Source of the DNA: a virus
Lineage: Duplodnaviria; Caudoviricetes
IMG/VR virus record: IMGVR_UViG_3300022178_004562
Coordinates: 1-57,144 of that record
Reading direction: 5' to 3' (one strand)
DNA: 57,144 nucleotides
This document shows, piece after piece, positions 9,551 to 19,039 of the stretch; position 1 is the first letter of the stretch; the number at the start of each line of letters is the position of its first letter. The notes beneath the pieces were generated by a model. It was not told the DNA's origin. It was given only the letters and a program-made list of their open reading frames with translations, and made no database searches. Both the position numbers and the translations under genes were made by a program.

Positions 9551-10912
9551 TTAGTTATTATCCATAAGTTGTTCATATTTATTTGACAGCATTTTCTTGG
9601 TAAGATTGTCTCTGTTGTCTATTTTATCTTGCTGTTGTTTTCCACCAACAGAGTCCGTGTAATAAATATCAATGTGACCATTATTAGTATTGACTTTTGC
9701 TGGATAAGTTAGTCCATCTGGACCAAATCTATTTTTTATTACGTGGAATCTTCCCGTGTTACCTATCTTGTCCTCTACCTTACGAGATAGCGACACAACA
9801 AAGTCTGCTGTCATAATTTTGATATATGACTCAGCAACCTTTCCAGCTTCTATTACATCCTCATCTAAAGCACTTCTGTTAGCTTGACTTGCTGTCCACA
9901 CTGGTACTTCTAGTTCTCCAGCAAGACCCCTGAGATCCTCATAAATGTTACCTAGAGCATGTCTCATTTCCTTGGATGAGCCTGAGTCTCTCATAATATC
10001 TGCATAGTCTACTATTACCAAATCCGGAGCTCCTTCAAGAGTAGTTAATCGTTGTAAATGTGCTTTTATTGTATGTACTGTAGCTGACTTGGTGGGATAA
10101 TACTTTATATACAAATTGCCCTTGAGATCAAAAACCTTCTGAACTACTTCATCTTTATGAAATTTTAAATTTTGATTAGCTATTCCTGTAAAGATACTAT
10201 CATACCTCAATCCTACATAACCTTCATTTAGTTCTAACGAATAATGTACAATTTTTTTACCACTCTTTATAGCAGATGCACCTATTGCTGATAACACCCA
10301 ACTCTTTCCAGCACCCGCTGGTGCTACTACCACTCCTAACTCACCACCACCTAAACCTCCCTGCATGAGTTCATTTATAACTTCCCATGGTGTTTCGACC
10401 GTATCTCTAGCCATTTCTTCATACCGTTCATCTATCATGGTTTGATAGTTATGACCTATATCTCTCTCCATACCAGCCTTCATGGCTTCGTCTATAATTG
10501 ATTTAATTTTATCAAAGTCTCCATCATACTCCAGTATCTCTACTGATTCCATAATAGCTGTCTTGAGTGCTTGGTTTTTGAAAAAATCTATCGTTTTATC
10601 TTGAACAAATTCTAGATCCGGTGCTTCGTATGTTTGATATACTTCCTTCAACGTCTCTATCACACTAGTCTTGAGAACTTCTTGTTCTATAGAACTAACA
10701 CCGACCTTGAATGCATCTATGGTGATTGCTTTGTTGTATTTGATGAAATATTCTTTACTATGACGGATTATCCATTTTTTAGCATCTCCGTCATAGTATT
10801 GATCGTCCAACATATCAACTACCTGCTCTAAAAACTTCTTGTCGGTCATTAGAGATACTATGCTCTTTATTTGAAAAGCATGGCCAAATTGAGATAGTTT
10901 ACTAATTGCCAC
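9551..10912 (-). CDS. dnaB: Replicative DnaB-like helicase (T4 gp41-like)
   Basis: Walker A APAGAGKS, SLEL, IVDYAD, WTASQANR, KNRFG. Confidence 0.92.
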   Translation of the reverse strand: MAISKLSQFGHAFQIKSIVSLMTDKKFLEQVVDMLDDQYYDGDAKKWIIRHSKEYFIKYNKAITIDAFKVGVSSIEQEVLKTSVIETLKEVYQTYEAPDLEFVQDKTIDFFKNQALKTAIMESVEILEYDGDFDKIKSIIDEAMKAGMERDIGHNYQTMIDERYEEMARDTVETPWEVINELMQGGLGGGELGVVVAPAGAGKSWVLSAIGASAIKSGKKIVHYSLELNEGYVGLRYDSIFTGIANQNLKFHKDEVVQKVFDLKGNLYIKYYPTKSATVHTIKAHLQRLTTLEGAPDLVIVDYADIMRDSGSSKEMRHALGNIYEDLRGLAGELEVPVWTASQANRSALDEDVIEAGKVAESYIKIMTADFVVSLSRKVEDKIGNTGRFHVIKNRFGPDGLTYPAKVNTNNGHIDIYYTDSVGGKQQQDKIDNRDNLTKKMLSNKYEQLMDNN

Positions 10913-11981
10913 TCAGACCTCCAAATCTATCTAATCGTACAAACTCAATTAGCCAGGAATCCATATTAGGTATGGCTCCGTTCAATTTATCCTGCACGAA
11001 CATCGTTGAAAATCTAAACTTAACCAGACGAGGTATCTTTCTGATTAGAGCTTGTTGGATATATCTTTTGTTGTGATTACTTAGGTCTACGTCATGTAGT
11101 TGCATTAACAAATAATTCCGTTTTATTATCATTTGGTTTTCTCGGATCTGTTGCAATATTTTGTATTTATGCTTTGGATCATCACTAAACTTAATGACAT
11201 CCTTAACAGTAAAGCTACTGTTTTCTGTCAATTGGGGAATATATTTTTTAATCGTTTTTAATCCTGCACCCTTTATACCTGGAATGTTGTCGGATTTGTC
11301 ACCCTCCAACGTTCTTAACGTAATAAAGTTCTCTGAAGATACACCATATTCTTCTTTTATCTTTTCTGGTGTGTATTCTATCTTCTTTGTAGGTGACCAC
11401 ACTGTCACTCTTTTCGTTATCAATTGGTAGAAATCTTTATCTGTACTCATGATAATTATTCTGCTTTTTGGTAATAACGAGGTCGTCAGATATGCAATAA
11501 CATCATCGGCTTCACAATAATCTATACTCATTATCGTGACTGGTAATTCCTCTAAATATCTAATAAGTCTTCCTAGTTGGAGTTTCATAGATTGTTCTTC
11601 ATCTTGAGGTGCAGTACCCCAATCTACGTTTCTATTGAATCTTTGTTTTACTCTACGGTTGCCTTTATATTCAGGGAAAATCTTTCGTCGCTTCTTAGAG
11701 CCACCCTTGCCATCAAATGTAATAATGCACCTTGTGGGTTTTATCCTGTTGATTGTATATCTAACAGATTTCAAGAAACCTATTATACCACCAATATGGA
11801 TACCATCATCATTCAATGCTGGATTAGCACTAAAAGCTCTAATGAAAGTGTTAAGTCAGAGACCATCAATGATGAGCACACGACTATTAATGTCTAGTGA
11901 CTTCTCATCATTGATGGCATGGTTCTCCTCTAACTGCTCGAGAATGTTATTATATCGTTTATGGACTCCCTTAGAGTTCAT
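10902..11981 (-). CDS. 5'-3' exonuclease / T4 RNase H-like flap nuclease with an in-frame UGA at codon 42 (recoding required)
   Basis: ATG at 11981 overlaps the recA end; reads ...RVLIIDGL*LNTFIRAF, in frame with the listed 304-aa ORF; FDGKG, YKGNR, EADD, STDKD, GDKSDNIPGIKGAG motifs intact. Confidence 0.8.
11863..11917 (-). promoter_or_regulatory. Perfect 14-bp inverted repeat (mRNA stem-loop) just 5' of the in-frame UGA
   Basis: CCATCAATGATGAG (11917-11904) pairs with CTCATCATTGATGG (11876-11863), 27-nt spacer with extra CAC/GTG and GAC/GTC pairing. Confidence 0.7.
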
Positions 11982-13071
11982 CTACCACATCACTCGTTAG
12001 CTTTACATCATCGATACCTAAAGTTTGTGTTTGATATTTTAGAATTGATTTCTCACAAATTAGTTCATATACATATTTACGTAATTTTTCATCACCATCT
12101 AGAATATCATTCCATTCTTTAGACTGAAACTTAATATCTTTCCCAGACGGGTCGGTAAGTGTGTACCAAGCCCCTGCCTGTTTAATCAATTTATGTTCCT
12201 TTAGAACTGATAACCATCCTCCATAGTCATCAACCCCTCTATCGAAGTACAACTGAAACTCACTCTGTCGAAGAGGTGGTCCCAATCGATTTTTTATAAC
12301 CTGAGCTTTAACCTTCATACCAATTGTATTGTTCTTGGTATCCTTTATCTGACCTGTATTCTTGAGTCGAACGCGGGTCGAAGCATGAAATGGTAGAGCT
12401 TTTCCACCACTTGTAGTCCAAGGATCACCGAACATTACACCTAACTTCTGGCGAAGTTGGTTTGTGAATATTAAAGCTACTTTTTGTCTTGCTACCATCT
12501 GAGTTATCTTTCTCATAGCTTTAGAGATGATAATTGCTTTGCTGGTAGCCCATCCGTCCTTCTCAAAATCTGCATCCATTTCAACCTTAGTTGAAGCGGC
12601 CGCTAAACTATCCACGAGTATAGTGACTAATTTATTTTGATCTGATTCACGAATTTTTGTTATGATGTTCTCGATAGCTTCAAAGATTTCCTCTACAGTC
12701 TCTAATTGAACATAGAGCATCTTTTTAGTATCAATACCAATTGCCTCTAAGAATTCTCTCGAGACAGCTGATTCTGTGTCTATATAGACAGCAAGACCAT
12801 CTTGTTTTTGTGTGTTTGCTAATGTATGGGCTCCGAGAAGAGATTTTCCACTCCCCTCAAGACCATTTAGCTCTGTGATTTTGCCAACAGCTAATCCACC
12901 ATACGCCCTATTTGATATTGCAATGTCTAACATAGATGATCCCGTGGATATCCATCCCGCTACATCTGTTGGACTATCGTCATTATTCAAAAAGTACGCA
13001 ACTTGCTGGTGCTTAAACTGCTTGTTTAGTTCGCCCGCAATCACATCTGCGAGCTCGTCATGTTTACTCAC
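11971..13071 (-). CDS. recA: RecA/UvsX recombinase
   Basis: ISTGSSMLD, GLEGSGKS, YIDTE, VDSLAA, FTNQLR, TTSGGKAL, KNRLGPP. Confidence 0.95.
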   Translation of the reverse strand: MSKHDELADVIAGELNKQFKHQQVAYFLNNDDSPTDVAGWISTGSSMLDIAISNRAYGGLAVGKITELNGLEGSGKSLLGAHTLANTQKQDGLAVYIDTESAVSREFLEAIGIDTKKMLYVQLETVEEIFEAIENIITKIRESDQNKLVTILVDSLAAASTKVEMDADFEKDGWATSKAIIISKAMRKITQMVARQKVALIFTNQLRQKLGVMFGDPWTTSGGKALPFHASTRVRLKNTGQIKDTKNNTIGMKVKAQVIKNRLGPPLRQSEFQLYFDRGVDDYGGWLSVLKEHKLIKQAGAWYTLTDPSGKDIKFQSKEWNDILDGDEKLRKYVYELICEKSILKYQTQTLGIDDVKLTSDVVDEL

Positions 13072-13830
13072 CTATTTTGCAAATAGTTTGTCGAAAGCAT
13101 CATCTACTTGATCAACTGTCTTGGATGTTTCCTTAGACGGTGTTGACATTGTTGTAGATTCACTTACTTCTTCAGTGGCTGATGGATTTAAGTAGTTTGT
13201 TAAAACCACTTTTAGTTCATCATATGAAGGTTCCTTATACAACTCAGTGATTTCAGTTTGATTATTCATCAACTTTTCCATTTCAGTTCCATCTTCTACT
13301 AAAGCTGTCTGACTTGGTTTTACACGAATTGTAGTCTTCCCATACTGATTGCCTGCCTCTGCTGGAGTCTGACGTTCCACTACGATATCTCTACCAGACA
13401 TTTCATCTGATATGTCACCATAGTCTGGATCTGCTATGAAGCCTAAGAGTTCTTGATAAACTGTTTTACCAAAACCCCAAAACTTCACACCCTCGAACTC
13501 TTTACCTCTTACAACCACAGGAACAAAAGTTCTCATTTTTGGTTCAAGACGTTTACCTTGGATCCACTCATCTTTATCACCAGTACTTTTTAACTTACCA
13601 GCAAATTCGTTGATTGGATCTGGTCTACCAAATGATACAGGAGACATGTGTGTCTTATTATCACCCATACTATAATGAAAATACAATTCAATAAATGGAT
13701 TGCTCTTTTCAAACCTATAAGGTACTATACGGATTTGAGTTTTACCTGCGGGTGGTTTCCAGAATGCGTCGGCTGTAGATTGAGTCTTTTGAAGCGACTG
13801 TAACCGATCTTTGATTTGTTGAATATCCAT
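13072..13830 (-). CDS. Single-stranded DNA-binding protein (T4 gp32-like)
   Basis: FWKP..G...IRIVP, NPFIELYFHY, GVKFWGFGKTVY, acidic tail DDAFDKLF; AAGGAGG SD. Confidence 0.85.
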   Translation of the reverse strand: MDIQQIKDRLQSLQKTQSTADAFWKPPAGKTQIRIVPYRFEKSNPFIELYFHYSMGDNKTHMSPVSFGRPDPINEFAGKLKSTGDKDEWIQGKRLEPKMRTFVPVVVRGKEFEGVKFWGFGKTVYQELLGFIADPDYGDISDEMSGRDIVVERQTPAEAGNQYGKTTIRVKPSQTALVEDGTEMEKLMNNQTEITELYKEPSYDELKVVLTNYLNPSATEEVSESTTMSTPSKETSKTVDQVDDAFDKLFAK

Positions 13831-13931
13831 TGATATCCTCCTTATGTTTTATTATTAGTGTTTAGTTTTTATCGTTAAGCGATAACCATTGTACATATAT
13901 ATGTATGAAATTTTCCAAACATATAAGTTTT

Positions 13932-14672
13932 TTAAGATAGAATAATTTCGTGCTCATCCTCGTATGTTTTGAGTATTCTCTTTACTAGCGGATGTCTAAC
14001 ACAATCATCTCTAGTAAATGCCATGTGATCTACTCCTTCCACATCTTTTAATCTGTTCCATACATCATAGAATCCACTCTTCTCATATGCTGTGATACCA
14101 TTGGCCTTGTACTTATCACACTGAGACATATCCCCTTGAATAATCATTTTGCAATTCTCTGATACTCTCGTCATTAATGTTTTTATTTGCATAGGCGATA
14201 CGTTCTGTGCTTCATCTAAGATTACGTAACAATTCTCCAAGTTAGTTCCCCTTAGAAAATTTAGTACCCCAATTTCTATCTTACCATCATGTATTAATTT
14301 TGATGCCTTATCTTTACCCACTATTTTGTCCAATATAGTAAATGTAGATTCGTTATACTGTTGTATTTTAGATTGTAACTCACCTGGTAGAAAACCTAAT
14401 TTATCCTCATTACCCACATCAACTGTTGGATTTATTATAATGAGTTTATTGTATGGAGTACCTCTTCTCAGTATATCTTGTAGTGCTTTGTATATAGATA
14501 CGTACGTTTTTCCTGTACCTGCTATCCCATGACATAAAATCAACTGAGATTCAGGGTTACCCATCTTGTGATAAAAGAGGGCTTGGTTTTGTGTTTTAAA
14601 CTTTATATTATTAACGATCTTAGGAATTGAACCTATTTGGGACTTGTATACTTTTTTTACTTTGTTTTTCAT
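13932..14672 (-). CDS. phoH: PhoH-family ATPase
   Basis: GIAGTGKT, LGFLPG, FLRGTNL, ILDEAQN, GDMSQCD, VRHPLV; start placed at MKNKVK. Confidence 0.92.
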   Translation of the reverse strand: MKNKVKKVYKSQIGSIPKIVNNIKFKTQNQALFYHKMGNPESQLILCHGIAGTGKTYVSIYKALQDILRRGTPYNKLIIINPTVDVGNEDKLGFLPGELQSKIQQYNESTFTILDKIVGKDKASKLIHDGKIEIGVLNFLRGTNLENCYVILDEAQNVSPMQIKTLMTRVSENCKMIIQGDMSQCDKYKANGITAYEKSGFYDVWNRLKDVEGVDHMAFTRDDCVRHPLVKRILKTYEDEHEIILS

Positions 14673-14679
14673 ATCAGTT

Positions 14680-15039
14680 CTACCATTTATCCTTTGGACA
14701 TTCAGCTGATTCATAATGAACCTTTACGTTCATGAAACAGCCACATTCTACACATCTGCCATCTTTCTTATTAGTATCGGGATTAGTCTCATCATACAGT
14801 AATGCTGGACAGTCCTTACAGATCTGCCATCTGTGTTGAGCTTTGTGTGATTCACATATAACCCGTTTACCTCTGAGAAATAGTTTTAAAGATCTCCATT
14901 GTTCTATTGCTAGTCCGCGAGCCATTTTGAGCGACGAAGGTAATGTCTTCTCCACAGCTAGCATATTTTCCGTAGCCTTTATGCTAGACAATTCCTCTTG
15001 TGTAGCTGGTCTGTCTACGGTTGGTTTTGGTTTTAGCAC
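14680..15039 (-). CDS. Small Cys-rich putative Zn-binding protein
   Basis: RWQICKDCP...RCVECGCFM..K......CPKDKW. Confidence 0.7.
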   Translation of the reverse strand: MLKPKPTVDRPATQEELSSIKATENMLAVEKTLPSSLKMARGLAIEQWRSLKLFLRGKRVICESHKAQHRWQICKDCPALLYDETNPDTNKKDGRCVECGCFMNVKVHYESAECPKDKW

Positions 15040-15042
15040 TAA

Positions 15043-15723
15043 CTAATTTACACCTAAATGCTTTAGTAGCTTATCCAGCTTAGCCTCCAGGTTTGATAAC
15101 CTGACTTCCGTACTGGATTTAGGTTGTTGAGTAGCTGATTGTAATCTTTGCACGACTGTATCAGCTGTTACTAAATTTTTTAAATGAGTATTCTGAGATG
15201 CCCACTTCTGATAGACCTTCTTCCATGCAGCTAGTTCTGCAGGAGTGGATTGGGCCACTGGTGGTGCAGGTGCTGGACTAATTGGTCTTGGAGTCAACTC
15301 TAGCATTTCATCAGCTGATTTTAAATCAATTAAGTGGGAATTTTCATTTAACCATTTATTATAATTCTTAATAAATTGTTTAACTTCCTTCTGCGGAGCT
15401 TTCAATAAAGGTACTGGTGGCATACTTGAAACTGGTTGTTGTAGTGGTGGAATAGATTGACCATCTGCCCACTTTCTTAACAAATCTTCATCGCGAGAAC
15501 CACATACTAAATTGCCTGAGTTGGGGTCGATCAAGAGTGGTGTTCCACACTTGAAGTTGAACTTTTGTTGGAGCTCGTTCATAACCTCTTTGTTCTCTTT
15601 ATCTTCCAGATCCAACTTGAGTATGTTGTATCCTTCTTGATTGAGTTTGTCTACTACTGGTTCTACCTTTGCGCAATACGCGCATCCTGTAGTGTAAAAA
15701 TAATACATATCCTGCGTATTCAT
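15043..15723 (-). CDS. Thioredoxin-fold protein with Pro-rich C-terminal extension
   Basis: YFYTTGCAYC CxxC, cis-Pro motif GTP; two Pro-rich/KW..N.HL..L repeats; terminal coiled coil. Confidence 0.75.
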   Translation of the reverse strand: MNTQDMYYFYTTGCAYCAKVEPVVDKLNQEGYNILKLDLEDKENKEVMNELQQKFNFKCGTPLLIDPNSGNLVCGSRDEDLLRKWADGQSIPPLQQPVSSMPPVPLLKAPQKEVKQFIKNYNKWLNENSHLIDLKSADEMLELTPRPISPAPAPPVAQSTPAELAAWKKVYQKWASQNTHLKNLVTADTVVQRLQSATQQPKSSTEVRLSNLEAKLDKLLKHLGVN

Positions 15724-15738
15724 AATAACCTCTTTGAT

Positions 15739-16134
15739 TTAAATTTCTATAATTTCAAATATCCTAGTTGTGATTCTATTTAATCCTTGGTTGTTTGTTA
15801 CCAAGATTGTGTTTTGAAAGTTTTCCCATGGGAGTACATATTTAGTATCCAGGATACCGTTGTTGAGATTCTTAATCGTCTCGTTCAATGCATTTATCGT
15901 ATACAATGTATTTGTGTGCTTCTTCCTATGAAGAGCTATTGTGCTTGGAACTGAATTGTAGTCTAACTCACTAGTCTGCTCTACATTGTATGTGCACATG
16001 AATTCTTTTGGCTCATCTTCGTTTTGAAGAACGTATATCTTACCAAATAGTATCGTATATTTCTCTTGAATTGTTTGTACGATACTATCTAATGATGCTT
16101 TGTGCGTAAACGTACAGAGGAGTTGTGTGTTCAT
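15739..16134 (-). CDS. Hypothetical phage protein
   Basis: 131-aa ORF in operon (QLLCTF...LHRKKHTNTLYTINALN). Confidence 0.7.
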   Translation of the reverse strand: MNTQLLCTFTHKASLDSIVQTIQEKYTILFGKIYVLQNEDEPKEFMCTYNVEQTSELDYNSVPSTIALHRKKHTNTLYTINALNETIKNLNNGILDTKYVLPWENFQNTILVTNNQGLNRITTRIFEIIEI

Positions 16135-16140
16135 ATTTAT

Positions 16141-17109
16141 CTACTTTAGTGATTCAAAGAGTCTATTGTACTGGTTTACCCATGGATTCTTGGACTCTCC
16201 CATTATATCCAAATACAAATCATCCTCTCTCGTCTCGATATAATTTGCAAGTGTCATTCCAGTGTCACCAAAATTAATTGATCCATCTTCTATTCCTTGC
16301 ATGAGTATACTATGCTTGATAGCTCCATAGGGATCTTCACTAGCTTTTGGTATTTTATCAGCCTCTAAATTGTCATATATCTCTTTGACATCTTCATCGT
16401 CATTGAAACTTAGTATAATTGAGTTAAATGCTTGTTCTTTCTTGTCCGGTATGATTCCATCCGCTGCATCTGCAATGTTCTGATCCAAATCTGCTCCCGT
16501 TACAGAACCATAAGAGTCATTATCATCGTCGTCTGAATAATCATAAGGATTTTGTGATATTTTGGTATCTCGTTCACCAGGCCCTTTGTCGGAATCACTA
16601 TCTGGATCGATGTCAAGATCTTTACCCATATCATCCAATGCACTTTGAAGTATATTTCTACCCGAGCTGTCTAGGTTGTTGGAAAAATCCATAAGATCAC
16701 TATCTGTTGCTCCTGCATCAATGGCACTTTGAAGGTCATCTATTATCATGGTATCAACATCCGGATTATCTCCAAATGACATACCTCTACCTAAGGCATC
16801 ATATATTCCTTCTTCTGTACCCTGAAGAGCTAATTCTATTGCTTGTGGTTCGTTGGCTTGTCGGACTTTAGCTTGAACCTCTGGTGAAGGATCTTGAGCC
16901 GGATCGCCATAATCTCCACTCCTTGGTTTCTCTACCGAGGTACCCTTTGGTTTGGATGGCTTGTCGAGAGGTTCGTGAGAACCACCCTTGATGGCTGCCT
17001 TCATGGCATCTTTGGTCTTGAAGGAAACCTTCCGACCAGTCTCTTTGCTCTTAGCTACGAAGGCCCTGTTTTCATTCAGGATCTTATAAATTTCTGCTTC
17101 ATACTTCAT
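16141..17109 (-). CDS. Acidic hypothetical protein, possible internal head protein
   Basis: GGAG SD, upstream GATACTTATAT motif, early L-N-E site, Asp-rich body. Confidence 0.65.
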   Translation of the reverse strand: MKYEAEIYKILNENRAFVAKSKETGRKVSFKTKDAMKAAIKGGSHEPLDKPSKPKGTSVEKPRSGDYGDPAQDPSPEVQAKVRQANEPQAIELALQGTEEGIYDALGRGMSFGDNPDVDTMIIDDLQSAIDAGATDSDLMDFSNNLDSSGRNILQSALDDMGKDLDIDPDSDSDKGPGERDTKISQNPYDYSDDDDNDSYGSVTGADLDQNIADAADGIIPDKKEQAFNSIILSFNDDEDVKEIYDNLEADKIPKASEDPYGAIKHSILMQGIEDGSINFGDTGMTLANYIETREDDLYLDIMGESKNPWVNQYNRLFESLK

Positions 17110-17144
17110 GTATTATCTCCATTGTACTATATAAGTATCAACAT

Positions 17145-18482
17145 TTAAGGTTTTGATATAGCTGGGTCTAAATTATCAAGAGATAGATTAGCAGTTACCA
17201 ATAACCCTTCATCAACAAATCTATCTATATCTTCACCAGGACTTCCTGTTACAAAATTACCAAATGCTGGATTTCTATCAAGATATTCTTCACCATCTTT
17301 GCTTCGTTTTACCACTTCTTTAGTATTTATAAAAATTAATTTATCCAAACCATGCTCTGCTGCGTAATTTGCCATAAGATTTTTTGTAAACGCTTTTCTG
17401 ACCTCTATTGGATCATCTAAAATATCAGTAGTGAAGTATTTTGCTGCATCTCCATTTGGATGTGCTACTTCTTCAAACTCAAGTATTGCCTGCAACAGCT
17501 CTTCTCGATCTGCTCCTGAATCACTTGCTATACTCGTTACAACTTTTGTTATAAATTTACTATCAGATCCTGCAGCTGACGCCATTTTACCCAATCGTGT
17601 TTTTTCAAATTCTCTTGGGAAAATTCTTTCACGTTTTCCTACTCTAGCACCGGAACCTTTTACTTCTAAATATTTACCATTCCAATCTAGATCACCAGCT
17701 CCAGCATCCGCCATCTTCACATCATCTAACATCATTGACAAAAATGTTTCACCTTTCCCAACACCTCTGCCACTCTCGGAACCAAACATTGAGAGCAATT
17801 CTTTCAATGATTCGTAAGACATTCTAGATTTAGAAAAGGTATTCATAAGATTACCCTTTTTTCCTATAACATCATATGATGGTTTATCATACGCATCATA
17901 ATTTTGAAGGTCTTCATTACCAGATAAAATGTTAAATATTTCCTGAGGAGCACTACGTTTTCCAAACGTTGCGTTAGTAATGTTAGCCCCATTTGACATA
18001 TTGTCATCCCAAGTTTTTTCTATTGATCTATTTTGTATTGTTCTAGTAAGTTTCTTTACAAGATCGGCATCTTGTTTTATAGAATCCGGAACGCTGGCTA
18101 ACCAATCTTCAATCTGCTGTTTTTCCTGACTTTTAACATCATCACGTTTATCTTCTAAATCTTCACCTTCTTTTGATTTAGGTTCATCTACATGATGCGA
18201 ATCACCTTTAGTATGTTTTTCTACATCTGATTGTGAAGCATTCTTTTTTACAATAGAATGTTTTTCTTTATTGGCTTTATCAACTGTATAAATATTTCCA
18301 CTATCTTTATTTTTTACTAAATCTAATTCACCTAATAGTTTTTCAATAAAACGTCGTGGATACTTCTTCTCTTCTAGAATCTCTCTCAGAGTATTTACGT
18401 GACCCGAATCCTTTGGATCAGGTATCCCTGTATGTACTCTATAAGACCATTCTCTTGTTAGTTCATCTAAATTAATTTTCAT
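17145..18482 (-). CDS. Hypothetical protein with PD-(D/E)xK-like motif
   Basis: ATG at 18482 after GGAG; GVGKGE...GDLDWNGKYLEVKG. Confidence 0.6.
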   Translation of the reverse strand: MKINLDELTREWSYRVHTGIPDPKDSGHVNTLREILEEKKYPRRFIEKLLGELDLVKNKDSGNIYTVDKANKEKHSIVKKNASQSDVEKHTKGDSHHVDEPKSKEGEDLEDKRDDVKSQEKQQIEDWLASVPDSIKQDADLVKKLTRTIQNRSIEKTWDDNMSNGANITNATFGKRSAPQEIFNILSGNEDLQNYDAYDKPSYDVIGKKGNLMNTFSKSRMSYESLKELLSMFGSESGRGVGKGETFLSMMLDDVKMADAGAGDLDWNGKYLEVKGSGARVGKRERIFPREFEKTRLGKMASAAGSDSKFITKVVTSIASDSGADREELLQAILEFEEVAHPNGDAAKYFTTDILDDPIEVRKAFTKNLMANYAAEHGLDKLIFINTKEVVKRSKDGEEYLDRNPAFGNFVTGSPGEDIDRFVDEGLLVTANLSLDNLDPAISKP

Positions 18483-18494
18483 GTTATACTCCAA

Positions 18495-18719
18495 TCAACT
18501 ATTCCTCTCGTATTGATCTAAAGCATCCCACATTTGACCAAATGCCTTAATGCTGATCTTGGAAGACTTGCTGAACTTCCCGGACTTTGCTATTTTAGCT
18601 AGATCCGTAGCCATTCTCTGTACTTTTTTCTTGAGTGTTGGATAATCGTAAGTTCCAATCCCCGACACCTGTATAGTTTCAGATTGCTCCTTGATTATTA
18701 GTTTTTTGAGTTTGATCAC
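18495..18719 (-). CDS. Small protein with MIKLKKL..E leader
   Basis: 74 aa, coupled by a TAGTG overlap. Confidence 0.65.
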   Translation of the reverse strand: MIKLKKLIIKEQSETIQVSGIGTYDYPTLKKKVQRMATDLAKIAKSGKFSKSSKISIKAFGQMWDALDQYERNS

Positions 18720-19039
18720 TACGAGATAGTTGTGTACATCTGTTTGAATTTTTTGTAGAAATCATTGAAGGTTTTGAGAGTCTTGGTGACTTCATTCATT
18801 TCACTACGATTCAAATCCTTCTTTACATCACGAGCAAAAGCCTTCAGTGATATCTCCAACCTGGCTATCTGGTTAGCTGCATTGTCGAGACCATAATCAT
18901 GGCTGGATTCTGTTAGTTTTCCTTCCTCTTTGAGTCTCTTGGCCTCTTGGACGTCAGCCAGTGTTGGTAACGGATCACCAAACTTTCTGTTCTCAAATCC
19001 AGGAGAGTTCTCTTGTAGTAGTTTTTTTAATTTTATCAT
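18719..19039 (-). CDS. Small protein with MIKLKKLLQE leader
   Basis: 106 aa; first 38 aa nearly identical to 19039-19431. Confidence 0.7.
   Translation of the reverse strand: MIKLKKLLQENSPGFENRKFGDPLPTLADVQEAKRLKEEGKLTESSHDYGLDNAANQIARLEISLKAFARDVKKDLNRSEMNEVTKTLKTFNDFYKKFKQMYTTIS

Noticed and set aside
11856-11858. Selenocysteine at the exonuclease UGA
   Set aside because: No Cys is expected in the D-G-x-N motif, the site has two extra codons, and there is no convincing SECIS-like hairpin 3' of the UGA; the strong stem lies 5'
15037-15045. In-frame TAG between the thioredoxin and the Cys-rich ORF
   Set aside because: A GTG start follows two codons later, both ORFs look complete, and no recoding signal is seen
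18482-18497. Readthrough fusion of 18495-18719 into 17145-18494 (in frame across UGA)
   Set aside because: The intervening bases are a GGAG SD correctly spaced before ATG 18482, so an independent start explains it
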